Source: a virus. Taken from it: a DNA stretch of 64,000 nucleotides. The position numbers and the translations under genes were made by a program. The notes beneath the pieces were generated by a model. That model was not told where the DNA came from, ran no database searches, and saw nothing but the letters and a program-made list of their open reading frames with translations. Below, piece by piece: positions 49,101-58,229 of this stretch (positions within the stretch are counted from its first letter, which is position 1; each line of letters opens with the position of its first letter). The stretch lies in the IMG/VR virus record IMGVR_UViG_3300020204_000005, one strand, 5' to 3'.

Positions 49101-50893
49101 TAACACCTACTAATACCATAACACCAACTAATACTCAAACTCCATCTATCACGCCTACTAAAACTGTAACACCTACTAATACTATTACTCCAACTAATAC
49201 TGTAACTCCGACTATAACACCTACTAATACTGTAACTCCAACTAATACTGTAACTCCAACTATAACACCTACTAATACTGTAACTCCAACTAATACTATA
49301 ACTCCAACTAATACTCAAACTCCATCTATCACACCTACTAAAACTGTAACTCCAACTATTTCATTAACACCAACAAGAACTCAAACTCCGACTATAACAC
49401 CTACTAATACTATTACTCCAACTAATACTATTACTCCAACTAATACCATAACACCAACTATAACACAAACACCAACTAATACAGTTACTCCAACTATTTC
49501 ATTAACACCAACAAGAACTCAAACTCCAACTATAACACCTACTAATACTATTACTCCAACTATTTCATTAACGCCAACAAGAACAGTTACACCATCTATA
49601 ACTCCAACTAATACTATAACGCCAACAAGAACAGTTACACCATCTATAACGCCAACAAGAACAGTTACACCATCTATTACACCTACAGTTACACCAACAA
49701 CACCATATAGGTTTTATTTAATGAGTGATTGTTGTACAAATACTAAAACTAATGTAATGAGTTTACCGACCGCATTTGCATCTGTAGGAAATACTTTTGT
49801 TTCTACAGGAGGAGTTTGTTATTCGGTATCGGCAATCGTTGAGGGACCTGCAAATGTTACTTGGAATGGGGGTACTATATATAGTGGGGGTACTCCATCT
49901 GAAAATTGTACTAGATGTACCGCGGCCAATATTTGCCCTTCACCTACCCCAACGACTACAAAAACACCGACACCTACCCCAACAATTACAAGAACACCAA
50001 CAGTAACACCAACAAGAACTCAAACTCCAACTATTTCATTAACACCAACAAGAACTCAAACTCCGACTATAACACCTACTAATACTATAACTCCAACTAA
50101 TACTGTAACTCCAAGTAATACTGTAACTCCGACTATAACACCTACTAATACTATTACTCCAACTATTTCATTAACACCAACAAGAACTCAAACTCCAACT
50201 ATAACACCTACTAATACTATTACTCCAACTATTTCATTAACACCAACTAGAACTGTAACACCTACAGTAACTCCAAGTATTTCTGTTTCACCAACTAGAA
50301 CTGTAACACCTACAGTAACTCCAAGTATTTCTGTTTCACCAACTAGAACTGTAACACCTACAGTAACTCCAAGTATTTCTGTTTCACCAACTAGAACTGT
50401 AACACCTACAGTAACTCCAAGTATTTCTGTTTCACCAACTAGAACTGTAACACCTACAGTAACTCCAAGTATTTCTGTTTCACCAACTAGAACTGTAACA
50501 CCTACAGTAACTCCTACCATTTCATTAACGCCGACTAGAACTGTAACACCTACAGTAACTCCTACCATTTCATTAACACCAACGAGAACTCAAACCCCAA
50601 CTATAACCCCTACACCAACAATGACACCAACACCAACACAGTGTGGGGATGCTTCATGTTGTCAAATAGAATTATGTTTTGGGCCTGATTGTAGGGGGGC
50701 TTGTGGTTGTAATCAAACAGACACATTCTATCTACATTTACCGTGTGGTGGTAATTGTAAATTATCAAATGCGGATGGTATATTTGAGGACCCGAGGTGT
50801 ACAACTCCGGCAAATAGAAAGTACTATTCAGATGGGAATGATTGTTACTATTGGGATGGAATAAGTTCATTATCTTACGAAGGCCCTTGTTAA
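46103..50893 (+). CDS. Mucin-like 1596-aa Thr/Pro-repeat protein with interspersed Cys-rich domains
   Basis: Long (TPTNTV/I)n tracts about 46883-49704 and 49940-50640, separated and flanked by Cys-rich domains; no signal peptide. Confidence 0.85.
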   Translation: MIQSIEITGASGTGPYDIEVCDITLSLCVPIASSVPIPPTYQFTLPNVLSGATEVVVRLIDSEGCPCLQVCPCILPSQTPTLTPTITPTMTVNCNCLEFNNEDVIEHTISFIDCSGNNIDTVISPETVLTFCGKSPSVSSPSVIVTIGDFCVGGVCPPPPPTLTPTQTPTNTSTPTITPTKTLVPLVGYFQYCCDPSNIVIISTIPLSYYPLSGVYYVESAGFNGCVTSIPPTFSPNAYVYIDAISFTSCSDCESTYPCPSPTPTVTPTITPTETVTPTVTSTPTTTPTVTPTETVTPTVTSTPTTTPTVTPTETVTPTVTITPTNTVTPTVTKTSTPTITPTKTSTVTPTVTRTQTITPTNTVRPTNTPTNTITPTKTQTPTITPTHTITQTNTVTPTNTVTPTNTITPTITRTPTNTITPTNTPTNTVTPTNTITPTNTVTPTITPTNTITPTITRTPTNTITPTNTPTNTVTPTNTITPTNTVTPTITPTNTVTPTNTITPTNTVTPSITPTKTVTPTNTITPTISLTPTRTQTPTITPTNTVTPTNTVTPSNTVTPTITPTNTITPTISLTPTRTQTPTITPTNTITPTNTITPTNTVTPTITPTNTITPTNTVTPTNTVTPTNTVTPTNTPTNTVTPTITQTPTNTVTPTVTPTISLTPTRTQTPTITPTNTVTPTNTVTPTITPTNTVTPTNTVTPTITPTNTVTPTNTVTPTNTVTPTITPTNTITPTNTVTPTITPTNTITPTNTVTPSITPTKTVTPTNTVTPTNTVTPTNTITPTNTQTPSITPTKTVTPTNTITPTNTVTPTNTQTPSITPTKTVTPTITQTPSNTVTPTITPTNTITPTRTQTPTITPTNTITPTISLTPTRTQTPTITQTPTNTPTNTVTPTNTVTPTNTITPSITPTKTVTPTNTITPTNTPTNTVTPTNTVTPSITPTKTVTPTNTITPTNTVTPTNTPTNTVTPTNTVTPSITPTKTVTPTNTITPTNTVTPTITPTNTITPTNTQTPSITPTKTVTPTNTITPTNTVTPTITPTNTVTPTNTVTPTITPTNTVTPTNTITPTNTQTPSITPTKTVTPTISLTPTRTQTPTITPTNTITPTNTITPTNTITPTITQTPTNTVTPTISLTPTRTQTPTITPTNTITPTISLTPTRTVTPSITPTNTITPTRTVTPSITPTRTVTPSITPTVTPTTPYRFYLMSDCCTNTKTNVMSLPTAFASVGNTFVSTGGVCYSVSAIVEGPANVTWNGGTIYSGGTPSENCTRCTAANICPSPTPTTTKTPTPTPTITRTPTVTPTRTQTPTISLTPTRTQTPTITPTNTITPTNTVTPSNTVTPTITPTNTITPTISLTPTRTQTPTITPTNTITPTISLTPTRTVTPTVTPSISVSPTRTVTPTVTPSISVSPTRTVTPTVTPSISVSPTRTVTPTVTPSISVSPTRTVTPTVTPSISVSPTRTVTPTVTPTISLTPTRTVTPTVTPTISLTPTRTQTPTITPTPTMTPTPTQCGDASCCQIELCFGPDCRGACGCNQTDTFYLHLPCGGNCKLSNADGIFEDPRCTTPANRKYYSDGNDCYYWDGISSLSYEGPC
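46921..47040 (+). repeat. 2 x 60-bp perfect tandem repeat
   Basis: Lines 46921-46980 and 46981-47040 are identical. Confidence 0.9.
50246..50485 (+). repeat. 5 x 48-bp perfect tandem repeat (TRTVTPTVTPSISVSP)
   Basis: ACTAGAACTGTAACACCTACAGTAACTCCAAGTATTTCTGTTTCACCA repeated five times. Confidence 0.88.
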
Positions 50894-50898
50894 TAAAA

Positions 50899-50923
50899 AA
50901 CCCCCACTTTTAAGGTGAGGGTT
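50899..50923. terminator. Imperfect terminator-like hairpin after the mucin-like gene
   Basis: AACCCCCACTT-TTA-AGGTGAGGGTT. Confidence 0.5.
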
Positions 50924-50979
50924 AATAATTATACTATTTTCTTTATCTTTTTTTTAAGTATTTTTTCAGTAAAAAAGAT

Positions 50980-52227
50980 ATGAAAATTTTTGTTCAAATT
51001 GCCTCATATAGAGACCCCCAATTAATACCAACAATAAAAAACATGTTTGAAAATGCTAAAAGACCAAAAAATTTGGTTTTAAGTATTTGTAGACAATATC
51101 ACCCTGAAGATGGTTTCGATAATCTTGATGAATATAAAAGTGATAAAAGATTTAGAATTATTGATGTTTTGTATTCAGAGTCTAAAGGAGTTTGTTGGGC
51201 GAGAAATCTAACACAACAACAATATCAAGGTGAAGATTATACATTACAAATCGACTCTCACATGAGGTTTGAGAAAGATTGGGATGATACTCTAATTAAG
51301 ATGATTAAACAACTCCAAAAGAAAGGGTTTGATAAACCTCTGTTAACAGGTTATGTTTCATCATTTGACCCAGATAACGACCCCGCAGGTAGGGTTCAGG
51401 AACCATGGAGAATGGTATTTGATAGATTTATACCTGAAGGTGCGGTTTTCTTTTTACCTGAAACAATACCTGGCTGGAGGGAAATGGAAGAACCTGTTAC
51501 GGCAAGATTTTATTCTGCTCACTTTGCATTTACGTTAGGTAAATTTAGTGAAGAGGTTCAACATGACCCCGAGTTTTACTTCCATGGAGAAGAGATTTCA
51601 ATAGCCGCAAGAGCATATACTCATGGTTATGATTTATTCCATCCTCATAAAGTTGTGATTTGGCATGAATACACTCGTAAAGGAAGAACAAAACAATGGG
51701 ACGATGATAAAGATTGGGCAACAAAAAATAATTTATCACATTCTAAAAATAGACAATTATTCGGTATGGATGGGGAAGAAGTTTTATTAGATTTTAGTAA
51801 ATACGGATTTGGTACCGAAAGAACTCTAAAAGATTATGAAATCTATTCAGGTTTAAGATTCTCAAGAAGAGCGGTCCAACAATATACATTAGATAAACAT
51901 TACCCACCAAACCCAACAATATATAATACTGATGAAGAATGGGAGAGTAGCTTTGCATCAATCTTCAAACATTGTATTGATATTGGGTTTACTCAAGTAC
52001 CTGAAAAAGATTATGAGTTTTGGGTGGTTGCGTTTCATGATGAAAAGGATGAAACAATTTTCCGAAAAGATGCCGACATCAATGAAATTAATGGTATGAT
52101 GAATGACCCTGATGGATATTGTAAAGTGTGGAGAGAATTCCAAACATCTCATAAACCAAAATATTGGGTTGTATGGCCTTATAGTGTATCAAAAGGATGG
52201 TGTGAAAGATTAACGGGTAATTTGTAA
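50980..52227 (+). CDS. GT60-family polypeptide alpha-GlcNAc transferase (Gnt1/TcOGNT-like)
   Basis: IFVQIASYRD, SKGVCWAR, LQIDSHMRF (DSH motif), WD..LI, FHGEEISIAARAYTHGYDLFHP, WHEY. Confidence 0.85.
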   Translation: MKIFVQIASYRDPQLIPTIKNMFENAKRPKNLVLSICRQYHPEDGFDNLDEYKSDKRFRIIDVLYSESKGVCWARNLTQQQYQGEDYTLQIDSHMRFEKDWDDTLIKMIKQLQKKGFDKPLLTGYVSSFDPDNDPAGRVQEPWRMVFDRFIPEGAVFFLPETIPGWREMEEPVTARFYSAHFAFTLGKFSEEVQHDPEFYFHGEEISIAARAYTHGYDLFHPHKVVIWHEYTRKGRTKQWDDDKDWATKNNLSHSKNRQLFGMDGEEVLLDFSKYGFGTERTLKDYEIYSGLRFSRRAVQQYTLDKHYPPNPTIYNTDEEWESSFASIFKHCIDIGFTQVPEKDYEFWVVAFHDEKDETIFRKDADINEINGMMNDPDGYCKVWREFQTSHKPKYWVVWPYSVSKGWCERLTGNL

Positions 52228-53163
52228 ATGAAAAATATTAGAGTCCATAATCCCTGTAATGAACATACAAGATATTATAGAAATTATAATTACTTTTGGG
52301 ATGAGTTTACAAACTATTTAAAAGAATTCTTTAATGTTGAAGAAAACCGATACTTTGAGAATGCTCATAAAGAAAGATTTCCTGTTAATTTGAAAAAAGG
52401 AATCTCGGGTAATTTTTTATTATTAGAGTGTGAATATGTTATTGAAAATTTAGAAAGTGGTGAATTTGTTATTATGTCTGTTTCAGATGATTTATCTCAT
52501 GCAACTTTAAATGAAAAGTCAAACCCATTTTTAAAAAAGGTATTAATCTCACAATTTTTACCAAAAAAAATATTAGACCATGTTGGAGAACATATGTATA
52601 AATATTCCCCGTGGACATACTTCCAAGCTTCAATGGATGACTTATCAATATATTACAATAAAAGACAAGAAAAGGAATTTTTAAATAATACTTTATATTT
52701 TAAAGGGACTTCTTTAGAAGATAGAAAAATCCTGAGTTTTATTGACAAAAATATTATTACCGATTTTAATGTTATCACACCATCTAATTATTTTGATGAT
52801 TTGATATCCCATAAAATTGCTTTGTCAGTTGATGGTAGAGGTGAATTTTGTTATAGGGATGTTGAGTGTTTTGGGATAGGGGTACCCATTATTAGATATG
52901 AATATGTATCAAAATTTATTTCCCCGTTAATCCCTAACTACCATTATATATCATTACCAAGACCATCTGATATGGGTTTATATAGGTTAGGTAATGAAAC
53001 ACACGCCAAATTATTGGAAAATAGATACCATGAAGTTATAAACGATAACGAATTCTTATCATTCATCTCAAGAAACGCTAAAGAATATTATGATATTAAT
53101 TTTTCACTTAACTCTAAAATAAAAAACACATTTAATTTATTAAATTTACAAGATTGGGTATGA
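52228..53163 (+). CDS. Putative GT-B glycosyltransferase (exostosin/CgeB-like C-terminus)
   Basis: KIALSVDGRGEFCYRDVECFGIGVPII...LIPNYHYI. Confidence 0.5.
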   Translation: MKNIRVHNPCNEHTRYYRNYNYFWDEFTNYLKEFFNVEENRYFENAHKERFPVNLKKGISGNFLLLECEYVIENLESGEFVIMSVSDDLSHATLNEKSNPFLKKVLISQFLPKKILDHVGEHMYKYSPWTYFQASMDDLSIYYNKRQEKEFLNNTLYFKGTSLEDRKILSFIDKNIITDFNVITPSNYFDDLISHKIALSVDGRGEFCYRDVECFGIGVPIIRYEYVSKFISPLIPNYHYISLPRPSDMGLYRLGNETHAKLLENRYHEVINDNEFLSFISRNAKEYYDINFSLNSKIKNTFNLLNLQDWV

Positions 53164-54035
53164 TACACGAAAATATATTATATGGATACGATTACGATTC
53201 AAATAAAAATGTTCTAATAGGTAGAGAAGAAATTAAAGATTACGGTTTCTTTTCAACTTTTACATTGATGATTTCATCAATAATGGTTGTCTATAAAAAA
53301 TTTAAAAAAACCCCAAAATCTATAGATGGTAAATTCTTATTAAGAAAATTAAAAAAAGATTTAGATATTGATATGTATCAATATTTTTTTCATATTGACG
53401 ACAGTATTGAAATAAATTTTGACGAAGAAATTCCCGTCCCTTTTAGTCCTGATGACCAACACACAATATATTCTGAAAAGTATATCAAATACTATTTACC
53501 ATTTTTTAAAAAGTATTTTAATGTTAACACAAACATTACGGAAAAAATTTCCTTTTTAAAAGAAAAATATGGTATTGATGAGGATAACTCAATTTCGGTT
53601 ATTTACCGTGATTCTGATAAATGGACAGATTTTGGTGGGTTTAATTATATTTCCGCTGGAGGATATTTTAGAAAATGTAAGGAGATTATCGAATTAGAGA
53701 AAATAAGACCAAGAGTGATTATTCAATCTGAAAATAATGGAGTTATTAAAACATTTCAAGAGGCATTCGGTTCTGTATTCTTCACTGAAACTTCTTTAGG
53801 TAATTCTTCCGAAATTTACCCACCAATACCAATAAACGATGAAATTAGATTAGAATGGTCTGAATATTATGTTGCCTCTTTATGGATATTATCAAAATGT
53901 AAACATGTTATAACATACACTGGTAATAGTTCTTTTTTCATCTATTTAAATCGAGGGACTACAAACAATTTTACACAAGAAATAACTTTTACAAAAGATT
54001 ATAATGAGTTTTTTGTAACTAATAATAATATTTAA
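53154..54035 (+). CDS. NodZ/GT23-like fucosyltransferase-fold protein
   Basis: YGFFS, ISVIYRDSDK (cf. GVHIR.TDK), ILSKCKHVITYTGNSSFF. Confidence 0.55.
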   Translation: MGMIHENILYGYDYDSNKNVLIGREEIKDYGFFSTFTLMISSIMVVYKKFKKTPKSIDGKFLLRKLKKDLDIDMYQYFFHIDDSIEINFDEEIPVPFSPDDQHTIYSEKYIKYYLPFFKKYFNVNTNITEKISFLKEKYGIDEDNSISVIYRDSDKWTDFGGFNYISAGGYFRKCKEIIELEKIRPRVIIQSENNGVIKTFQEAFGSVFFTETSLGNSSEIYPPIPINDEIRLEWSEYYVASLWILSKCKHVITYTGNSSFFIYLNRGTTNNFTQEITFTKDYNEFFVTNNNI

Positions 54036-54041
54036 AAAACT

Positions 54042-55802
54042 ATGAAAATATCAATTGGTGACATCGTAGATAGATACTCTATCTGTAAATTAAAAAGTGA
54101 ACGACTAAATTTAGACCTGTCAGATGAGATAAGTCAATTAGAATCTGAAATTGTTAATTATAAAGACATTACACAATATGTCGGGGACTTATATGAAGTA
54201 AACGGTTTAATATGGGATTTAGAGTCTGATATACGTAAGGGTAATGAAGAAATTTTAGGTTTAGAGGAGATTGGCCGAAGAGCTTTAAAAATTAGAGATT
54301 TTAACAATTTAAGAGTAAAAATTAAAAATGAAGTTAATTCAAAATATGGGGAAGGTTTTATTGAGGTTAAAATGAATCATGGTAGTGAAAAGGAAAAATC
54401 TGTAATTATAACTTTAACAACAGTACCTGAAAGATTAGACAATCTAAAAGAAGATGGTTTAAAATTAGTATTAAAATCATTATGTGAACAACTTGATGAT
54501 GATTATGAGGTTCATTTTAATATACCCGAAAAATCCATGGTAACTAATAAACAATACAATATACCGTCTTGGATTAGCGAATATAAATTAAAATACCCTC
54601 ATCTAAAAATTTTCAGACCCGAAGATTTAGGACCACCAACCAAATTTGTACCTACACTTGTGAGAGTCAAAAATCCTGAAACAATATTAATTGTTGTCGA
54701 TGATGATTTAGTTTATCATAATGAAATGGTATCTGAACATAGAAAATATCAAAATGAACTTTTAGATAGTGTGATAGGTTACGATGGAAGAGGTTGTGAT
54801 GTTTTTTTACACAATAATGACATTAGGGATAGTTGGATACTGTGTGTTACTGAAATTAGAAAAACACATAGTTTACAACATTATAAATCAGTCTCATATA
54901 AGAAAAAATTATTTAAAGATGATTTCTTTACCGACTATTTAGGGTCGACTTTTTCAGACGATGTTTTGGTTTCGTTATATTTCAAAAATGAGGGTATACC
55001 GATGTATGTTGTTCCCTACGAAAAAGAAAACCATCTTTTTGAGACCAGAGAACTATGGGATGAAAACCAAGGTGTAACAACATTTCCTGTTTTAAGGTAC
55101 GCGTCTAGTGTTGAGGACACGGGATGTAATCATCCTGAGATGTTAGCAAAACAACCAAAATTTTTTATACCTAATATAAAAACAACTAATAAACATATAT
55201 CTCAGACTAACTTTACAACTGATAAAATTAATCATGGGTATATGGAAGTTTACCAACCTTTATTTACAAGTATGAAAAATGTGAATAAAGTACTTGAGAT
55301 AGGAATATATAAAGGGGAAAGTTTAGAACTTCTTTCTCATTTTTTTAAAGATAGTATAGTTTATGGTATTGATATAACTGATTGTTCTCATTTAAATTCT
55401 GATAAAATTAAAACATTTATTTGTAACCAAGAAAATATCGATGAATTAGAAGATTTCATCTCAAAAGAAGGTGGTAATTTTGATTTAATTATTGACGATG
55501 GCGGACATACAATGAAACAACAACAAATTTCTTTGGGGGTATTATTTAAACACTTAAAGGATGGAGGGGTTTATATTTTAGAAAATTTACACACTTCAGT
55601 TAGAGAAGGTTATAGGGATGAGAATGATATTATAACAACTTTGGATATGTTAAATAAGTTAAATGATGGTGGTGAATTAATTACCAATCATATAACAGAA
55701 GAAAATAAGGAATATATTAAACAAAACGTAGACTCAATTAAAATATGGACAAGGACTCCTGATTTTAATGAAAGTGTAACATCAATAATTAAGAAAAAGT
55801 AA
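54042..55802 (+). CDS. DUF6165-like + GT-A glycosyltransferase + sugar O-methyltransferase fusion
   Basis: ISIGDIVD...NGLIWDLESDIR; TLTTVPERL, DLGPPTK, VDDD; TDK..HGY, VLEIGI, IIDDGGH. Confidence 0.68.
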   Translation: MKISIGDIVDRYSICKLKSERLNLDLSDEISQLESEIVNYKDITQYVGDLYEVNGLIWDLESDIRKGNEEILGLEEIGRRALKIRDFNNLRVKIKNEVNSKYGEGFIEVKMNHGSEKEKSVIITLTTVPERLDNLKEDGLKLVLKSLCEQLDDDYEVHFNIPEKSMVTNKQYNIPSWISEYKLKYPHLKIFRPEDLGPPTKFVPTLVRVKNPETILIVVDDDLVYHNEMVSEHRKYQNELLDSVIGYDGRGCDVFLHNNDIRDSWILCVTEIRKTHSLQHYKSVSYKKKLFKDDFFTDYLGSTFSDDVLVSLYFKNEGIPMYVVPYEKENHLFETRELWDENQGVTTFPVLRYASSVEDTGCNHPEMLAKQPKFFIPNIKTTNKHISQTNFTTDKINHGYMEVYQPLFTSMKNVNKVLEIGIYKGESLELLSHFFKDSIVYGIDITDCSHLNSDKIKTFICNQENIDELEDFISKEGGNFDLIIDDGGHTMKQQQISLGVLFKHLKDGGVYILENLHTSVREGYRDENDIITTLDMLNKLNDGGELITNHITEENKEYIKQNVDSIKIWTRTPDFNESVTSIIKKK

Positions 55803-55803
55803 T

Positions 55804-58182
55804 ATGGATAATTTTTTTGATAAGTCATTACATTTTTTAGGTAAAGTAGAAAATAATATCACCGCATTAAACATTGGTTCGATGGATGGTGTAATGTTTG
55901 ATGAAATGATTGGATACACTAATATGTATAACTTTAGTGTTTTATATGTAGAACCCATACCTTATCTTTTTGATAGATTACAAGAAAACATTAAATCTGA
56001 AAATGCTTTGTTTGAAAATAGTGCAATATCAGATTATAATGGTTCTATTGAAATGGTGACTATCGATAGGGAAGTAATTGATAGTGGCTTAGTCCATAGT
56101 TGTTTTTACGGTATGAGTGCGGTTTATCCACCTAAAAATGGTTTAGGTAGTGAGTTTGATAGACTCACAGTTGAGAAATATGGTAAATTAGTAAAGGTTC
56201 CATGTATTACATTTGAGACTTTATTGGTAAAACATAAACTTAATAACTTTGACATTCTCAAGATAGATGCTGAAGGTCATGATTATAAAATTTTTAAACA
56301 AATTGATTTAAAAAAATATACACCTAAAGTTATAAGATTAGAATGGATTAATTTAGAAGAATCAGAACAAAATGATATTATAAATATTTTTAATGAAAAT
56401 AATTATGTTTATGAAATTTCTGACCAAGATATTGTAGGTATACCTAAAAATTTTTATGATGAACTTAAAAATCAATATACTGAACCCATTAATTTAAACA
56501 ATGGACCAAACATTACTTTAGTTACGGGGTTATGGGATTTAGGTAGAAATAATTTAACCGAAGGATGGTCAAGGTCATACGAAAATCATTATTTAACAAA
56601 GTTTGATGAATTATTAAAAATCGAGAACAATTTAATAATTTTTGGTGATTCAGAATTAGAAAAATTTGTTTGGGAAAGAAGAAGTCACAATAACACCCAA
56701 TTTATAAACAGAGATTTAGATTGGTTTAGAAACAATGAATTCTACTACAAAATTCAAAAAATAAGAACGAATCCTGAATGGTATAATCAATCAGGTTGGA
56801 TTCCAGATTCTACACAAGCAAAATTAGAAATGTATAACCCTCTTGTTATGGGTAAAATGTTTTTATTACACGACGCAAAAATTCTCGACAAGTTTAATTC
56901 CGATTACATGTTTTGGATTGATGCGGGTTTAACAAATACGGTAAACCAAGGATATTTTACTCACGATAAAGTTATCAATAAATTACCAAAACTAACCAAT
57001 AAATTTACATTCATCACTTTCCCATATGAAACTAATTCTGAAATTCATGGTTTTACATTTGATAAGATATGTGAATTTGCAGGTGATAAAGTAAACAAAG
57101 TTGCTAGAGGAGGATTTTTTGGGGGTCCTAAAGAAACCATAACCGAGTCTAATAATTTATATTACCAATTACTTTCTCAAACATTATCTAATGGATATAT
57201 GGGTACTGAAGAAAGTATATTTACAATTATGATATACAAATACCCACAATTATTTAATTATAGTGAGATTGAGGGTAACGGATTAGTATGGTTATTTTTT
57301 GAGAATTTGAAAAAAGAAACATTAAATCTTAAAAGTGAAAAATCAAATAACGAAATTATAAAAATAAAAGATTTGAGTAAAGTAGGTTTATATGTTATTG
57401 GGTTTAATAGTCCAAAACAATTCGAGACTTTAATTTTTTCAATGAAAAAATACGACCAAAATTTCATTGACAAACCTAAGAAATTTTTATTAGACAACTC
57501 AACTGATTTATCAACAACTGAAAAATATTTGTATTTGTGTAAGGAGTATGGTTTTGAACATATTAAAAAAGATAATCTTGGTATTTGTGGTGGTCGACAA
57601 TATATTGCTGAACATTTTGAAAATACCGATTTAGAATATATGTTCTTTTTCGAGGACGATATGTTCTTTTATCCTAAGAAAGGTGAATTATGTCGAAACG
57701 GATTTAATAGATATGTGAGTGATTTATATACCAAATCATTAAAGATTATTGATAGTGAAAACTTAGATTTTTTAAAATTGAATTTTAGTGAATTCTACGG
57801 AGACAACTCTACACAGTGGAGTTGGTACAATGTTCCTCAAACGGTAAGAGAAGAATTATGGCCAGATAATAAAAAATTACCTGTACAAGGATTAGACCCA
57901 AATGCACCAAGAACTAAATTCGAATCAATTAAGTGTATAGACGGAATACCGTACTCAATTGGTGAAGTTTATTATTGTAATTGGCCACAAATAGTCTCCA
58001 AAAAAGGAAATTATAAAATGTTTTTAGAAACTAAATGGGGTCATCCATTTGAGCAGACGTGGATGAGTTACATTCATCAAGAAACGGTCAAAGGTAAAAT
58101 TAAATCAGGTATATTATTATTAACTCCAACAGAACATGATAGATTTGACCATTACGATGGTTCATTAAGAAAAGAAAGTTAA
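55804..58182 (+). CDS. FkbM-type methyltransferase + HtrL/YibB-like glycosyltransferase + GT2-like fusion
   Basis: NIGSMDG, VEP, KIDAEGHD (FkbM); TLVTGLWDLGR, WIDAG, GGFFGG, TEESIF (HtrL); FFEDDMF (GT-A). Confidence 0.72.
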   Translation: MDNFFDKSLHFLGKVENNITALNIGSMDGVMFDEMIGYTNMYNFSVLYVEPIPYLFDRLQENIKSENALFENSAISDYNGSIEMVTIDREVIDSGLVHSCFYGMSAVYPPKNGLGSEFDRLTVEKYGKLVKVPCITFETLLVKHKLNNFDILKIDAEGHDYKIFKQIDLKKYTPKVIRLEWINLEESEQNDIINIFNENNYVYEISDQDIVGIPKNFYDELKNQYTEPINLNNGPNITLVTGLWDLGRNNLTEGWSRSYENHYLTKFDELLKIENNLIIFGDSELEKFVWERRSHNNTQFINRDLDWFRNNEFYYKIQKIRTNPEWYNQSGWIPDSTQAKLEMYNPLVMGKMFLLHDAKILDKFNSDYMFWIDAGLTNTVNQGYFTHDKVINKLPKLTNKFTFITFPYETNSEIHGFTFDKICEFAGDKVNKVARGGFFGGPKETITESNNLYYQLLSQTLSNGYMGTEESIFTIMIYKYPQLFNYSEIEGNGLVWLFFENLKKETLNLKSEKSNNEIIKIKDLSKVGLYVIGFNSPKQFETLIFSMKKYDQNFIDKPKKFLLDNSTDLSTTEKYLYLCKEYGFEHIKKDNLGICGGRQYIAEHFENTDLEYMFFFEDDMFFYPKKGELCRNGFNRYVSDLYTKSLKIIDSENLDFLKLNFSEFYGDNSTQWSWYNVPQTVREELWPDNKKLPVQGLDPNAPRTKFESIKCIDGIPYSIGEVYYCNWPQIVSKKGNYKMFLETKWGHPFEQTWMSYIHQETVKGKIKSGILLLTPTEHDRFDHYDGSLRKES

Positions 58183-58229
58183 TCAGTTTATTTTATAGTA
58201 CCAAAGTATTTATAAGATAAAAAGATTAG

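Noticed and set aside
46225-50568. Many minus-strand ORFs (VGVTVL..., SISWSY...) and shifted plus-strand ORFs over the PT repeats
   Set aside because: Shadows of the ACN/CCN codon repeat, which lacks stops in other frames; the same applies to 20548..20907, 20751..20951 and 59132..59344.
46883-50640. Repeat array as a possible CRISPR
   Set aside because: Units are contiguous, in-frame and coding, with no unique spacers and no cas genes.
50980-52227. A Skp1-type hydroxyproline glycosylation pathway
   Set aside because: No prolyl 4-hydroxylase or Skp1-like substrate in the window; not excluded genome-wide, but the adjacent Thr-rich proteins are the more parsimonious acceptors.
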